Part shown: positions 41,771 through 53,900 of the stretch, piece by piece
How positions within the stretch are numbered: position 1 is the stretch's first letter
Layout of the letters: each line of letters opens with the position of its first letter
Assembly: GCA_034780895.1 (NCBI GenBank)
Contig: JAUZTB010000069.1
Coordinates: 5,978,830-6,042,691 of the forward strand
Direction of reading: 5' to 3'
Length of the DNA stretch: 63,862 nt
From: Rhynchobatus australiae
Lineage: Eukaryota
Made by a program: the position numbers and the translations under genes
Notes under the pieces: model-generated
The model's input: only the letters and a program-made list of their open reading frames with translations
Told to the model about the DNA's origin: nothing
Databases searched by the model: none

Positions 41771-43779
41771 CTGTAATGAAGAAACAGGAAGTATAAGAAA
41801 AAGTCAAATTACCAGTGGTCAACTGACAGCGGTGGTCTAGGTCTGGCTGCAGTAACCTCCTGCTGATGAACAAAAGCCTGATTGGGCAAGAGTGCATGGT
41901 GGAGTAGAAAAAAAAACAAAGTGCTTTGCTTTAAAAAGAAAAGTAATTTTCTTTGGGGGAAAAGAGACCTTCAAATAAATCTAACAGTGCAATAAGCTTA
42001 CATTTTAACACATTTGCTTCCCACTCATGTTTGTAAGCAGAACACTGACTTTGGCAGAAAACTAGAGAAAACCTCCATGCCACTGGTATTTTTGCCAACA
42101 TATCCCTTGGCATCATTTGTATTCTTTTCTTAGTAAACAGCATCGTGGTTCACAGATTTGAAATGTAGGAACACTCAATTACTAATAAGCATTGAGAAAA
42201 AGCAATGTTTGCCAGAGCACACGTTTTTAAAACCTAATCAACTTAACCGTGGACAAAATGCTTCCAAAACAGTCCAGACCAATATTTAATGGTGAGGGGG
42301 AATCTTATTTTAGAGATGATTAAACATTTACATTCTTTTGGCACTTGAGTGCAGCAGGCAACCAGAACACGAGAGACTTACAGAAACATACTGACAGATG
42401 AGACACACTACAGCCAGAAGACAGCCTTAGAATGCTGTGGCTGGTGGTACAAAGAGACAGAAGCTGCTCGCCGAATGGGGAACTTTCAGTTAAGGCAGAG
42501 GGAATACAATTGCTGTAATAATTAGCTTCTTACTCCCTATGCACAAAGGAACATTCAAAGTAAAATGCAGCATCTGAAATAAGAAATGTCACAAATATAG
42601 AGACAATATATATTACCTTCCGTCAGGCATGCATAAATTTCTTTAAATACCATAGGTATAAGCAGAACAAAACACCAACAACAGCATATTCCCTGGATCT
42701 TCTTAATCTCTCTCGTACCTGTTATTTCATTTGGTTTTCTATCGACTATAAACAATAGTTCAGGCAGAGTGAAGATGGTCATGTTCTTTCTTAGTTTTTA
42801 TTTCTCACCCAGTCCTCCACACCCCTGAGCAGTGCCCAAAAAACTATTTTTAAAATTCAGATATTTGATTAAAGAATATCCGACCCATTCCAACTGGACA
42901 ACCAGATAATTAACAAAGAGCTTATGTTTTGATACTAGATCAGACCAAAATAATTAACAAACATCACTGAAGACCTCCAACACACTTTCTCTCCAAAATA
43001 CCCATGAAGATATAACAGCATTATTTTACCATCATAATATTTGTTCCATGTACCTAATCTACCTTCATGTGAATGAAATATTGACAAATCTGGACTTGAC
43101 AAAATTGCTATTTTCCTACATTGCAATTTTAAAATTAGCTCCAATATAAATTAAAACTTGAATACTTTTGCAAGAATTAAATTATTTATCCAATTTATTT
43201 TATCCATTTAGAAGCAGCACAAACAAAATTACTTTTTGGATAACCATCAATCTTCAACAATGCTCATGAGACCAAAAGTAAATATATCCAAGCTGTACAA
43301 TAAGGACACATGGCAACTCAAGGTCAAGGTAACCCCCGATTATTGAACCTCCATCAACAAAGTCATTTGATCCGTCACATCAGGAAGTGGAAATACAGAG
43401 TTGACGTGATCATTATAACATTCCCTGAACCCGGGACCTAATTTCAACAGTGTAGGGTCCCCGAGAACTGATGGAATCAGAACATTCAAGCAGTTGGACA
43501 AAAGAAAGTCTCACAAAACTCAAGTCTTCATCAATCTCATTTAGGTGAACTTACATTCCATTGCAATCAACTGTGCAGTAGTTCAATATACAAACCCACT
43601 ACAGCAGCATGATTTATTACACTAAAGTTTCTTTTGGAATTGAATTTCCAATAAAATGGAATATCATAATTTTGTACACTGCATTCACTCACATTGCTTA
43701 ACATCCCTGGCTCTCCAAGAGGAACCTACTGGAGGTCAGGTTAACAATCACATCAATGCACCTACATCTGAAACGTATC

Positions 43780-44150
43780 AGCCATGGTTCAGTGGTAGTA
43801 CTTTTCACCCAAGGTCAGAAGCTCGACTTTGCAATCCAGTTTAATACATCACTGTAGCACAAAGCACTGTCTTTTGGATGACAATTGAAACCAAAATTTC
43901 ATCAGCTCTTAAGTGCATGACAAAGACCCCATGGTATTTTAAGACAGTGGGAAAATTTCCTTGTCCTTTCCAACAGTTATGCCCCAAAAAGATTATGGTG
44001 TCAATGGTCACTTGTGGGAACTTGCTGTGTGCAAACTGGTTTCTGTATTCAGCTATGCTGTGATAGTAACTACGTTTACAGCTGTCCATTGGAATTCAAG
44101 TACTTGCCGGATGCTCTGATGATGAGGTGTGACATGATTTATTTACTTAA
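43780..44150 (+). mobile_element. Deu-domain SINE (SacSINE1/AmnSINE-like)
   Basis: tRNA-like head (ggttcagtggtagtac); Deu-like core gtcttttggatga...aaagaccccatgg...tgtgggaacttgctgtgtgcaaactgg. Family recognised from memory. Confidence 0.7.
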
Positions 44151-45699
44151 TAATAAGCAAGTCAGAGTAAGATAAATACTCTAGAATAAAAGTCATCTTA
44201 ACAAACTTAATGTTTGTTCTTTAAAATTCAAAGACGTTTTGGAAGTCTCCCACTCCTTTGTCCCACCATTCAGCATCCAGGGAATCTACTTCACTGCTAG
44301 TCTATCAAACTACATGGTGAATAATATAAACCTATGGTAAGAAAATACTTGCATGGTAACGCAGAGCTGGATTCAATAAAAATTAAAGAAAATGCCATGA
44401 GAAAACATGGGGAAAATAGGTTTCCATGAGTTGGCTTTTAACTCTACTATCCCAAGTATCAAATCCTGCATGGCCAAGTGGCATGAAGGCATGACATTTT
44501 ACAACAAAGCTACACAACTCCTTATGCTTATAATTTAGGTTTCAAATCATGTTTATCTTATTAATATTTTGACTTTGTACCATCCAACAATATTGAGTTC
44601 AGTGACGTGTAAAATTGACAAAATTATAATATGTAAAAACTACAGGGCCAGAAAATTAAGATGGTGTACATTATCTTATTTGAATGTGGTAACTCAGTTG
44701 AAAAATGTCTGCTTGAAAGTATTATACATCTATATTGTTTATAAAACTTGGGAAAGGGGTCAGAAAGTATTAACAATTATAAAGATATTGCAAACTCAGC
44801 TATCTCTTAGCTGCATCACAATTTGAATCAAAAGTTCTCTTCATTTCTCCATTTCTCTTCAATTTTCATTTATATGAACATTCTTAAAATATATGCCCGC
44901 AAACTTTTGTTCTTCATCAAATTTTCTTCCACAAGATGCTCATTTCTTGCTCTTCCATTGTTGTCTTTCCCTTTTGTCCAATCATGAAAGAGAAAGCTTT
45001 CTAAAACCACACTTCACTAACTTGATAAGTTACATCACAGCCATCCAATCCCTGCTCATCTCCAGCCCCAAGATGGGCCACGGGCACTCAGCTTCAGTGT
45101 GCCGAACCAAACCTTACCCCCCAGACCGCCAAAGAACTGAAACAGTTCTTGTATAGGACAAGTTTCCTTTGACATCAGCTAGTTCCAACAAATGAAAGAT
45201 ATTGCTTGGATGGTTTTTACATGTCCAAGCTTTAGGTGACTTTAGAAGGATTTTCAATGCTCTTGGATTCTTTTAGTCACTGCTTCAAATTCTCAATCTG
45301 AACTGAAAATCTGAATCGACTTCTCTGCCAAATTGTCACCCACCCCTTAACTTCCTTTGCCCCCATCTCCAAAAGTTCTTTTTCTCAACTTCAGTCCCTA
45401 TTCCTCAGGACAGAATAAAGTCAATATCGACAAGCATAGGGCATCCAACACTTCAGCTACAATTGCACCCATTTTGCTTTCTGCAAAGGCCTCTACTTTA
45501 GCTGCCTAATCTCAGATACATTTGCTCCAATTCCACCTTTCATGTTGGTCTTTTCAACACCTCCCCTTTCTCCTCCATTCTCTTTTACCATAAATGCCAG
45601 CACTTGAACATGTCCATTCCACTTCCCACAATTCTGCTGTCACACCTTCCCCTCTCAACTCAAACTCAGGCCTGATCTCTCCAGTTTCCACATTCAAAA

Positions 45700-46290
45700 T
45701 ACCAGCTTCCACAATCTTTGGCACTTCCAGCATGACTCCCACTATCAAGCACACCTAAAACTCCCTTTACTAGAATTCACTCCTCAATGTAAAGCTTCAG
45801 TCCTCAATCACCAACACCATTTCCCCTTCCCACAGCATCTTCCTCTGCAACTACTATAGTGATACAGCATCTTCTCTTCCTTCCACCCAGGGCCAGAGAC
45901 ATTTTCTACATGGAAGTGATTTACGGGTACTTCCAATTTAGGATACTCTGTTTGTTGTTCATAATGTGGCCCCTTTCACATTTGGCAAAGCAAATGCAGA
46001 TTGGATGACTGCTCTGAAAAATAACTCTTCAGTTTGCAAATCAAACCCTGGCTGATTGTCACTTTAGTCCTCGACCCAACAAGTTCATGATGATTCTGGT
46101 TATCCAATATATAATTTTTCTTTTCAGTTTTGCACATTGATCATTCAGTCATTTAGTCAACTTTTCATCTGGTCAGATATTCCATTGTATCCTGCAACTT
46201 GTTCCTTTAACTTCATGATAGGTCATTGACTTGAAGCATTAACTTATTCTCTTTGTGCAGATGCTGCCTGACCTGCTGAACACTTCCTGC
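45700..46290 (+). mobile_element. Penelope-like element 3' remnant (GIY-YIG region plus terminal repeat)
   Basis: 45920-46030 reads as a decayed FTCTSxNLxYxxxCSxCGxxxIG..K.RL.D motif, followed by the terminus gatgctgcctgacctgctgaacac. Confidence 0.6.
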
Positions 46291-46957
46291 AATTTTTGCT
46301 CTTACTTCTATAATCTATAATACCTTTTGACAAATGACTGCAGCTTGGATAACTGTTCCACTGTGACAAAGAGCTTTAAGATCTATAATCTATTTGCAAA
46401 GACACACATAATAGATTAAACCATCAATAAAAACAAGCAACTTTTACACATCTTACAGAAAATTGATATTTCACCACTAACAAAAAAACATTTTGTAAAT
46501 GCATTCCTCAAACATGTAACCACTTCATTTGCTGTTCAATTTTCTCCAGTCCAGAAGAGAAAAATTAACTTAAGGTTGTCAAGTTGAGAGTTGAATCTTG
46601 CAACATTGGATTATGGGTACCAATGCTGATCAGGATGCATGATCTCAAAATATATACTTGACCATAAACTAAATGCATCTTTTCTTCCTCTGGCAGTACT
46701 GATGAAAATTGAGGACAACAACATCCATTGTGCTATACTTTGCCCAAGATACCCATGGTTAATGCTGACATAACTTGTGTCACAATTACACAAAAAAGGA
46801 TGTGTACTTGCACTATTCCAGTAGCCTGATAATCATTACCTGGTGCTCTAAAGCTGACCAGGAAGTCAAACCAATAAGTATAGTTTCAACAGTCCAAGAT
46901 GAATCAAAACTGGACCCAAATATTAAATTGATGTGCTTTGGGGAATCTTATTCAAAG

Positions 46958-47766
46958 ATCTTAGAATCATCAAATTGTACTGCACAGGAATGGGCTGGTT
47001 TGGCCCACCTCATCCATGCCAATGGTGATGCATATCTACACTAATCCTATTTGCTCTCATTAGGCCCATATCCCTCCACCCTTTCCCATCTAAGTACCTA
47101 TCTAAACGCCCTGTAAACATTGTACCCATACCTGCCTCTACCANNNNNNNNNNGGCAGCTTGTTCCAGATAACCACCAGCCTGTGTGGAAAAACTTACCC
47201 CTCGGACCTCCATTAAATTTCTCTCCTCTCAGCTTAAACCTGTGCCCACTTGTTTTAGACTCTCTTGCCCGAGAGGGAAAAAAAAAATCGATCCAATGTA
47301 TAATTTTATAAACCCTCTAAGTGATCACCCCCCCCAGCCTATTGCATTCTGGTGAGAATAAACCCAGCCCATCCAAATCTCTCCTTGTAACTACAGCCCT
47401 CCATTCCAGGCAATATCCTGGCGAATCTCTTCTGCATGCACTCTGTTGCCACGACATTCTGCTTGTAGTGTGGCGAAAGAACTGTACCTAACACTCCAAA
47501 TGAGGTCAAACCAATCTTTTGTACAGCTGCAACATGACAACCCAACTCTTGTATTCAATGCCTCAACCTACAGAGGCAAACATACTAAATGCCTTCTTTA
47601 CCACCTGTGTGGCCACTTTCAGCACCCAAGGTCTTGGTACATCAATGCTGCTAAGGTCTCTGCCATTTATTTGATAAGTCCGAACAAAATTTGACTTTGC
47701 AAAATGCGTAACATTACTTGCCTGGACTAAATAATCTGCCACTGCTCCACCCAATTTTCCAACTTG
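46958..47766 (-). mobile_element. CR1 LINE, 3' part of an older element (continues at 49308-49680)
   Basis: Minus-strand peptides KLENWVEQWQ, THFAKSNF, ECMQKRFARILPGMEGCSYKER, GRLDRYLDGKG; the tail is at ~46960. Confidence 0.9.
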
Positions 47767-48547
47767 ATAGAATGCAAACCTGGGCTGAGAAGTGGCAGAT
47801 GGAGTTCAACCCAGTAAAGTGTGAAGTGATGCATTTCGGGAGATCAAATTTGAAGGTAGAATACTCTTAGCAGTGTGAGATCCCTCAAGGTTGCCGCATA
47901 GGTCGAAAGGGTTGTTAAGAAGGCATACGGTGTGTTGGCCTTCATTAGTCAGGCTATTGAGATCAAGAGCCCCGAGGTGATGTTGCAGCTCCATGGAACT
48001 CTGGTCAGACCACACTTGGAGTATTGTGTTCAGTTCTGGTCGTCTCATTATAGAAAGGATGTGGAAGCTTTAGAGAGGGTGCAGAAGAGATTTACCAGGA
48101 TGTTGCCCGGATTGGAGAGCATGTCTTATGAGGATAGGTTGAACTAGCTAGGGCTTTTCTCTTTGGAGAGGTGGTGGATGAGAGGTGACTTGATAGAGGT
48201 GTACAAGATGATAAGAGGCATAGATCGAGTGGACAGTCAGAGACTTTTCCTCAGGGCGACAATGAGGGGACATAATTTTAAAGTGATTGGAGGATGGTAT
48301 AAGGGGGATGTCAGGGGTGAGTTTTTTACACAGAGAGTGGTGGGTACGTGGAACACACTGCCAGCAGAGGTTGTGGGGGCAAATATATTAGGGACATCTA
48401 AGAGACTCTTAGATAGACACATGAATGATAGAAAACTAGAGGGTTGTGTGGGAGCGAAGGGTTAGATAGATCTTAGAGCAGGATAAAATGTCGGCACAAC
48501 GTCATGTGCTGAGGGGCCTGTACTGTGCTGTAGTGTTCTATGTTCTA
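47766..48547 (+). mobile_element. Younger 5'-truncated CR1 LINE inserted in the opposite orientation
   Basis: ORFs 47932..48147 and 48163..48465 (LVRPHLEYCVQFWS..., RGDLIEVYKMIRGIDRVD, FFTQRVVGTWNTLP); tail gtgttctatgttcta. Confidence 0.93.
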
Positions 48548-48739
48548 ATCAGTCACTTGGATTTCAGGTGACTCTTCCACAGGCTGACGATGCCAGTGTG
48601 TTACACACCAGCTGCCACATGGTCTTGCCTCAAAGGCAAGGAGCTCCAGGCCAATTCAAGACCAGTCATTGCTGCGTAGTTTGAATAAATATGGACACAG
48701 ACACACATCTGACTGTTCATTTGTCCACATTTGTCCACT

Positions 48740-49078
48740 TCCTCTTTTCCTCACCTCCCCAAACATCCTGCCTCTGTTCTCCACCCAACATATTCACATT
48801 CCCTCCATTTCCCCATCACATCTCTCTCCCTCTGATCTCTCTCTATCTTCCTTTCCTTCCACCCCATCACTCTTCCTCTCTCCATCTCCCCAATACCCTC
48901 CCTCGCTCTGTCCCTTCACTTCCCCTATACCCTCCTTGTTCTCTCCATAGTTCATTCCTAACACTCTCCCTCCTCCGTATGCCTTCCCCTGCTTCCCCCA
49001 TCCATCTTTTTCACCTCTATCCTCTCTCAGTCTTCCCCTCCCCAACAGCATCCTTCCGTTACTACCTCATCTTCCCCA
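48740..49078. repeat. Low-complexity polypyrimidine (C/T-rich) tract
   Basis: About 340 nt almost devoid of G on the + strand; ends at a gap. Confidence 0.85.
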
Positions 49079-49178
49079 NNNNNNNNNNNNNNNNNNNNNN
49101 NNNNNNNNNNNNNNNNNNNNNNNNNNNNNNNNNNNNNNNNNNNNNNNNNNNNNNNNNNNNNNNNNNNNNNNNNNNNNN

Positions 49179-49310
49179 AGACACATGAATGATAGAGAAA
49201 TGGAGGGCTATGTGGGAGGGAAGGGTTAGATAGATCTTAGAGCAGGATAAAATGCCAGCACAACATTGTGGGCTGAAGGGCCTGTACTGTGTTGTAATGT
49301 TCCAAGTTCT
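49179..49310 (+). mobile_element. Second CR1 3' end, same subfamily as 48415-48547
   Basis: agacacatgaatgatag...gggttagatagatcttagagcaggataaaatg is shared with 48415-48490, with scattered substitutions. Confidence 0.9.
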
Positions 49311-49680
49311 ACATCCTGCTGTATCCTGAGACAACCTTCATTGCTGTCTACGGCTCTACCAATTTTTGTGTTGTCTGTAAATTTACAAGTCAGACCACCT
49401 AAATTCTCAACCAAGTCATTATATATTACAAAACAAAGGTCCCAGCGTGGAACCCTGCAGTACGCCATTTGTTCCAAAGATCCCAGCGTGGAACTCTGCA
49501 GTACACCACTTGTTACAAAGGTCCCAGCGTGAAACCCTGTAGTACACTTGTTACTGACTTCCAGACAGAAAAATACCTATCGACCACTACCCTCTGCTTC
49601 CCATCACTAAACGTGCCTCAGATCCCTTGTGGCTTGACCTTCTAGACCAGTTTACCACATAGAATCTTGTGAAAAGCATT
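49308..49680 (-). mobile_element. CR1 RT core, 5' continuation of 46958-47766
   Basis: ORF 49226..49477(-): VIYNDLVENLGGLTCKFTDNTKIGRAVDSNEGCLRIQQDV; gcttttcacaaga (AFxK) near 49670. Confidence 0.88.
49434..49554. repeat. Three tandem copies of a 41-bp unit inside the CR1 RT
   Basis: caaaggtcccagcgtggaaccctgcagtac.. starts at 49434, 49475 and 49516. Confidence 0.9.
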
Positions 49681-51929
49681 AAGTCTTGAAGTTAGTAATG
49701 TGAGCAATGTCGAAGCTCGAGATTGAGTTGGTAACCAAATGCCTTACTGTGTAGCTGCCCAATCGCATCCAAGCAAAGATAGAGACATTGCCTTCTCCAA
49801 ACGAGACTCGCATGATAATGAGACAAGCACCAATGTTTAACAAAATGTATTATTTTTAAATGAATGTTCAAGGTCTGCAGATATTCAAAGTAGTTAAGCC
49901 AAAAAGCTTTTCAAATTTCTGCTGGCGACAGGGAACTGGGGAGGGGCAGGAAGGGTTAATGGATCAACCCATTTCTCTCCTCTCTTCCTCCTCCCCAAAG
50001 AAGTCATGGTATCACTGGCTACAAAATGCTGGCACAAATACCACTTGAGTAAAATATTATTCCATTATTCATGTGCCAGTATGCTTCTAAAATGTGTGGT
50101 TTAAATTTGGAATTTTAATTAAATGATTGATTTCTCAATTAATAAATTACAAAGTGCATGCTAATTGTTTAATTGGTCACTTGATCTACAGATCATTTAT
50201 GAATAAATTGAGTTGATTTACAAAGTTTATTGATTTGACTTGACAATGAATTATTGAACTGACTAACTGATTTGCAATTTCACCAATTAATTCACAAATT
50301 TCCACAAATCAGTTCAAATATGACATTATAAATACAGAATATAAAGAAAGTGATACAAGACCAGTTGTCATGACTCACTTCTACTTTAAATAAAACAGAT
50401 ATTGACACTGCATTAATGATAATGTAAATCACAGTTTTAGAATGGCTAATGTTTGTAAATAAATGATCCTGAAACAGAAACATGTTTAATAATTACACTC
50501 CAACAAGGAAGCAAGGTGCAAGGGTTGCCTATCTCAGATTTTTCTGCCTGAGCAGCATGCTCCAGTATTTATCTTGAAAATCCCTTGACATTTTACCCAT
50601 TTTGTTGGGGTGACTTTGCCATCAGCTCCTGTTGCATTTCCATTGAAGAAATGCTGGGAGAAGCAGACACCAGCAATAGCGCAGTCTAAACCACCCTACG
50701 TGGAACAATAATCTCCACAAAGGTACAAACCTTTGTTTTTCTTGTGAATGCTGCTTATCTGATGTTATGTGCCTGTGATGCTGCTGCAAATAAGTTTTTC
50801 ATTGTACCTGTGCACACATGCACTTGTGCATATAACAATGAACTCGACTTTTGACTAACACTTGACCACTGCACCTTTTCAAATATCATCCTTCACTTAC
50901 GCTTACATTCATTTTTAGATCTTTGGATTTTGATTGATATAAAGGATCAGACGGAAGATCTCCTTACAGCATCAAAATATTATATCTGGTTGGTGGAAAA
51001 ACTGCTTCTGTCAGTGATTGTACACATTTTGCTATTACTGCAATCAACAAGCAAAAACAAATATCCCAAATGTTAGTTATGGCAAATAAAATGCAATTCT
51101 TTCACCACCGTGTCAACACCAACCAACAAAGAGCTTTCCAGCCAATCCTGATTGGGTTCTGATCCAGGGTTTTGACCCAAAACGTCAATAATTCCTCCCC
51201 CCCCCACAGATGTTGCTCAACCCACCGAGTTCCCCCAGCAGACTATTTGTTGCTCCAGATTCCAGCATCTGCAGTCATTTATGTCTCCACTTTTACTTAG
51301 CTTTCCAGATTATTGCACTTCAAATGTAGTTCTACTTTTAAAAATGGTTTATACTGCATCCATCGCACTTTCAAATAGTGCAGCACCTTCCAGATCCTCC
51401 AACAACCACCAGCTACAAAATTCTCATCCCACTTTTCTCCCACCCAACCTCTAATCTTTTTGCTAACACTTTAAACCCATGCTCCTTGCAGCAAAGGTAC
51501 ACAATCCTTTCTTTTCATTTTCAAATTTTATGCCTCTCAGCCGTTCCTGCTCTAAGAACACATCCAGTGTTCACAGCTAAAATTCTGCAATCCCTGCAAC
51601 ATCCCCGTAAATCAATATTTCCTTTACTTTGTGGATCTCTCCAAATGCATTACGTTGATATTCTCCAGACCAAATTCCATTTGCCATTTCTTCCCACCCC
51701 TAAATTCCACTGATATCCTCCTGCAGTTTCCAGCTTCCTTCCTTGATATCACCAAAGGCAACCTTCTTAATCATATTCAACTTTAAATTATTAATAGATA
51801 TAAACAGCAAAGATATATCCTCCCAATCACAAAAACTCACATAAACCATTATTAGTGCTATTAAGATCATTTTTGCATGCAACTTTTATTTTCCTTTGGT
51901 TCACATTGCATCTCATTTTCCAAGCTTGA

Positions 51930-52110
51930 CACTCAACATTGCAGGAACAGCTTCTTCCCCTCTGCCATCAGATGTCCGAACAGTCCATGAACACTACTTC
52001 GTTATTCCTCTTTCGCATTATTTATTTTTGTTACTTAGTAATTATTGCATCTTACTGCCACAAGCAACATATTTCACGACACATCAGTGATAATAAGCCT
52101 GATTCTGACG
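51930..52110 (+). mobile_element. Rex1/Babar 3' end
   Basis: caggaacagcttcttcccctctgccatcagat...catgaacactac is near-identical to 5766-5830; tail gtgataataagcctgattctga. Confidence 0.85.
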
Positions 52111-52249
52111 TGGGGCCTTGTCGAATGTCATGCCAAAATCCACGGAGACCAGATCAGATTGGCTGTCCTCTTTATCTTCCTTGCTTCCTCTTCAAAAAAA
52201 ATTTAAGAAGGGCCTTTCCCAAACAAACCAACACAACCCAATCCTTCCC

Positions 52250-52372
52250 AGTCCTGATGAAGGGTCTTCAGCCTGAAAGTTCAGCTCCAGTTTTCTCATC
52301 ACATGTGGCCTGACTTGCTGAGTATTGACAGTATTTTCTTTTTTTTAAGATTTTCAGCATCTGCAGTTTTGA
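52250..52372 (+). mobile_element. Penelope-like terminus with hammerhead-like core
   Basis: CTGATGA (52254-52260), then agg..cct stem, GAAA (52275-52278), then gcctgacttgctgagta...cagcatctgcag. Confidence 0.65.
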
Positions 52373-52909
52373 TTTTCTTTTAACATGCACCATTCGTTTC
52401 CCAGGTCATAAAACAACTGACTCACTGGCAAAACCTACAACCTGCTCGAAAGCGCAACTTATTCTCTTGATAACAGACAGTTCTTGTCAGGAAGACCATT
52501 AACATATTTGACCTCAAGAATGACCCCAGATGACCACAGATTGATTAAAACCAAACCAGTTCCAAGAGAGGCTGAAGGGAACAGTGAGAATGATTGATTA
52601 TTCAATCAAATTGCATTTAAACATTGATTGCAATTGGATTAAGCATATCTGCAATATTCTAATAAGTGATGTAAAACAAAAGCTGGGAGGGTGGCGTTGG
52701 CATCCAAGATTAAAAGGGAATGGATGAGGGTTTTATAATTATGTCAGTTAGAAAATTCAAAGAATATTGGCATGCTTGTTGCTAACTGGTAAGCCCCAAG
52801 ACAGATCCAGACGAGAAGGAGCAGCCGATGATGATATCAGATACTTTAGGGATGGAGGGCATGTTTTGCTGAGTTTAAGCAAGTGATGTAAAGCAACCAA
52901 AAGCATACA

Positions 52910-53900
52910 AGCAAATGAATTAGGAGTGGGAGCAGGCCAATCACCTCCAGGCTGATCTGATTATAATTTTAACTCTGTTTTCTTGCCTATCGAGTAAATT
53001 CACCTCTTCGCTTATGATGCATCTATGCCATAGAACGTAGAAAAACTACGGCACAATTCAGGCCCTTCGGCCCACAAAGCTGCGCCTTAAAAATATTCAT
53101 ACACCGTTTTCACCACCCTTTGAGGAATGAAGGGTCAACAATTCACTACTCTGAGAAAAGGTTGTCTCGCCTATTTAAAATTGCTGACTCCTTAATTCTA
53201 AATAGATCTGCATTTTCCAGAACAGTAAATATCCTCTCGTGTAAATCCATCTTGATGTACTTCAAACAGGAAGGAGACTGTTCACACTTCTAAACTCCAG
53301 CGGACTAGGCCATCCAATCTTTTCAGGCAAGACAACCTATTCTTTGCAGATATGAGCTTGCTAAACCTGCTCTGAACTGGTCCCAACTTTTTAATCATAC
53401 TTTCTTAAAGAAGGAAACCAATATTGTTCACAGCTGGGCCCAAGGGTCAGGACCTGAAATGTCCACCGTTTCACTTTACACAGATGCAGCTTGAACTGCT
53501 GAGTTTCTCCAGCATTTTCCGTTTTAATTACATACATGGTACTCCAGGTGTGATCTCACAAATGCTCCAAGCAGAATTTCCCTATGTATGCATCAAAAAC
53601 AAACTGTAACATTGCCAGCTTTCCTAATTTCTTGCTAAAATTGCATACTTACCTTCTGTGAGTTAAGCACAAGCACACCTAGATCTCAGAACTGTGTACC
53701 CTTCTCACTTAGATTGTTTTTCCTGCCAAAATGGGTCATTTATATTCCTTTATAGTATCCTTGTATCCCCTTCACAAATTAGATTCTTTGCATCAATAAC
53801 AGCCATGTGTTCAGTTCCTTCAAGGTGCAAAAATTTGAATCCTCAGCACAATTCCCCTTGGCTCACCCCTCGCAACATCTTGCCCCTCAGAAATAAACTT
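52910..53900 (-). mobile_element. Old CR1 fragment carrying nested small insertions (CR1 tail ~53030-53086, PLE terminus ~53440-53530)
   Basis: Tail gaattaggagtgggagcaggcca; nested catagaacgtagaaaaactacggcacaattcaggcccttcggccc; nested gatgcagcttgaactgctgagtttctccagcatt. Confidence 0.65.

Noticed and set aside
41553-41897. 114-aa minus-strand ORF overlapping the exon
   Set aside because: Wrong frame; the real product is the spliced SIN1 frame.
48669-49188. Pro/Ser/Leu-rich and Gly/Glu-rich ORFs
   Set aside because: By-products of the low-complexity C/T tract.
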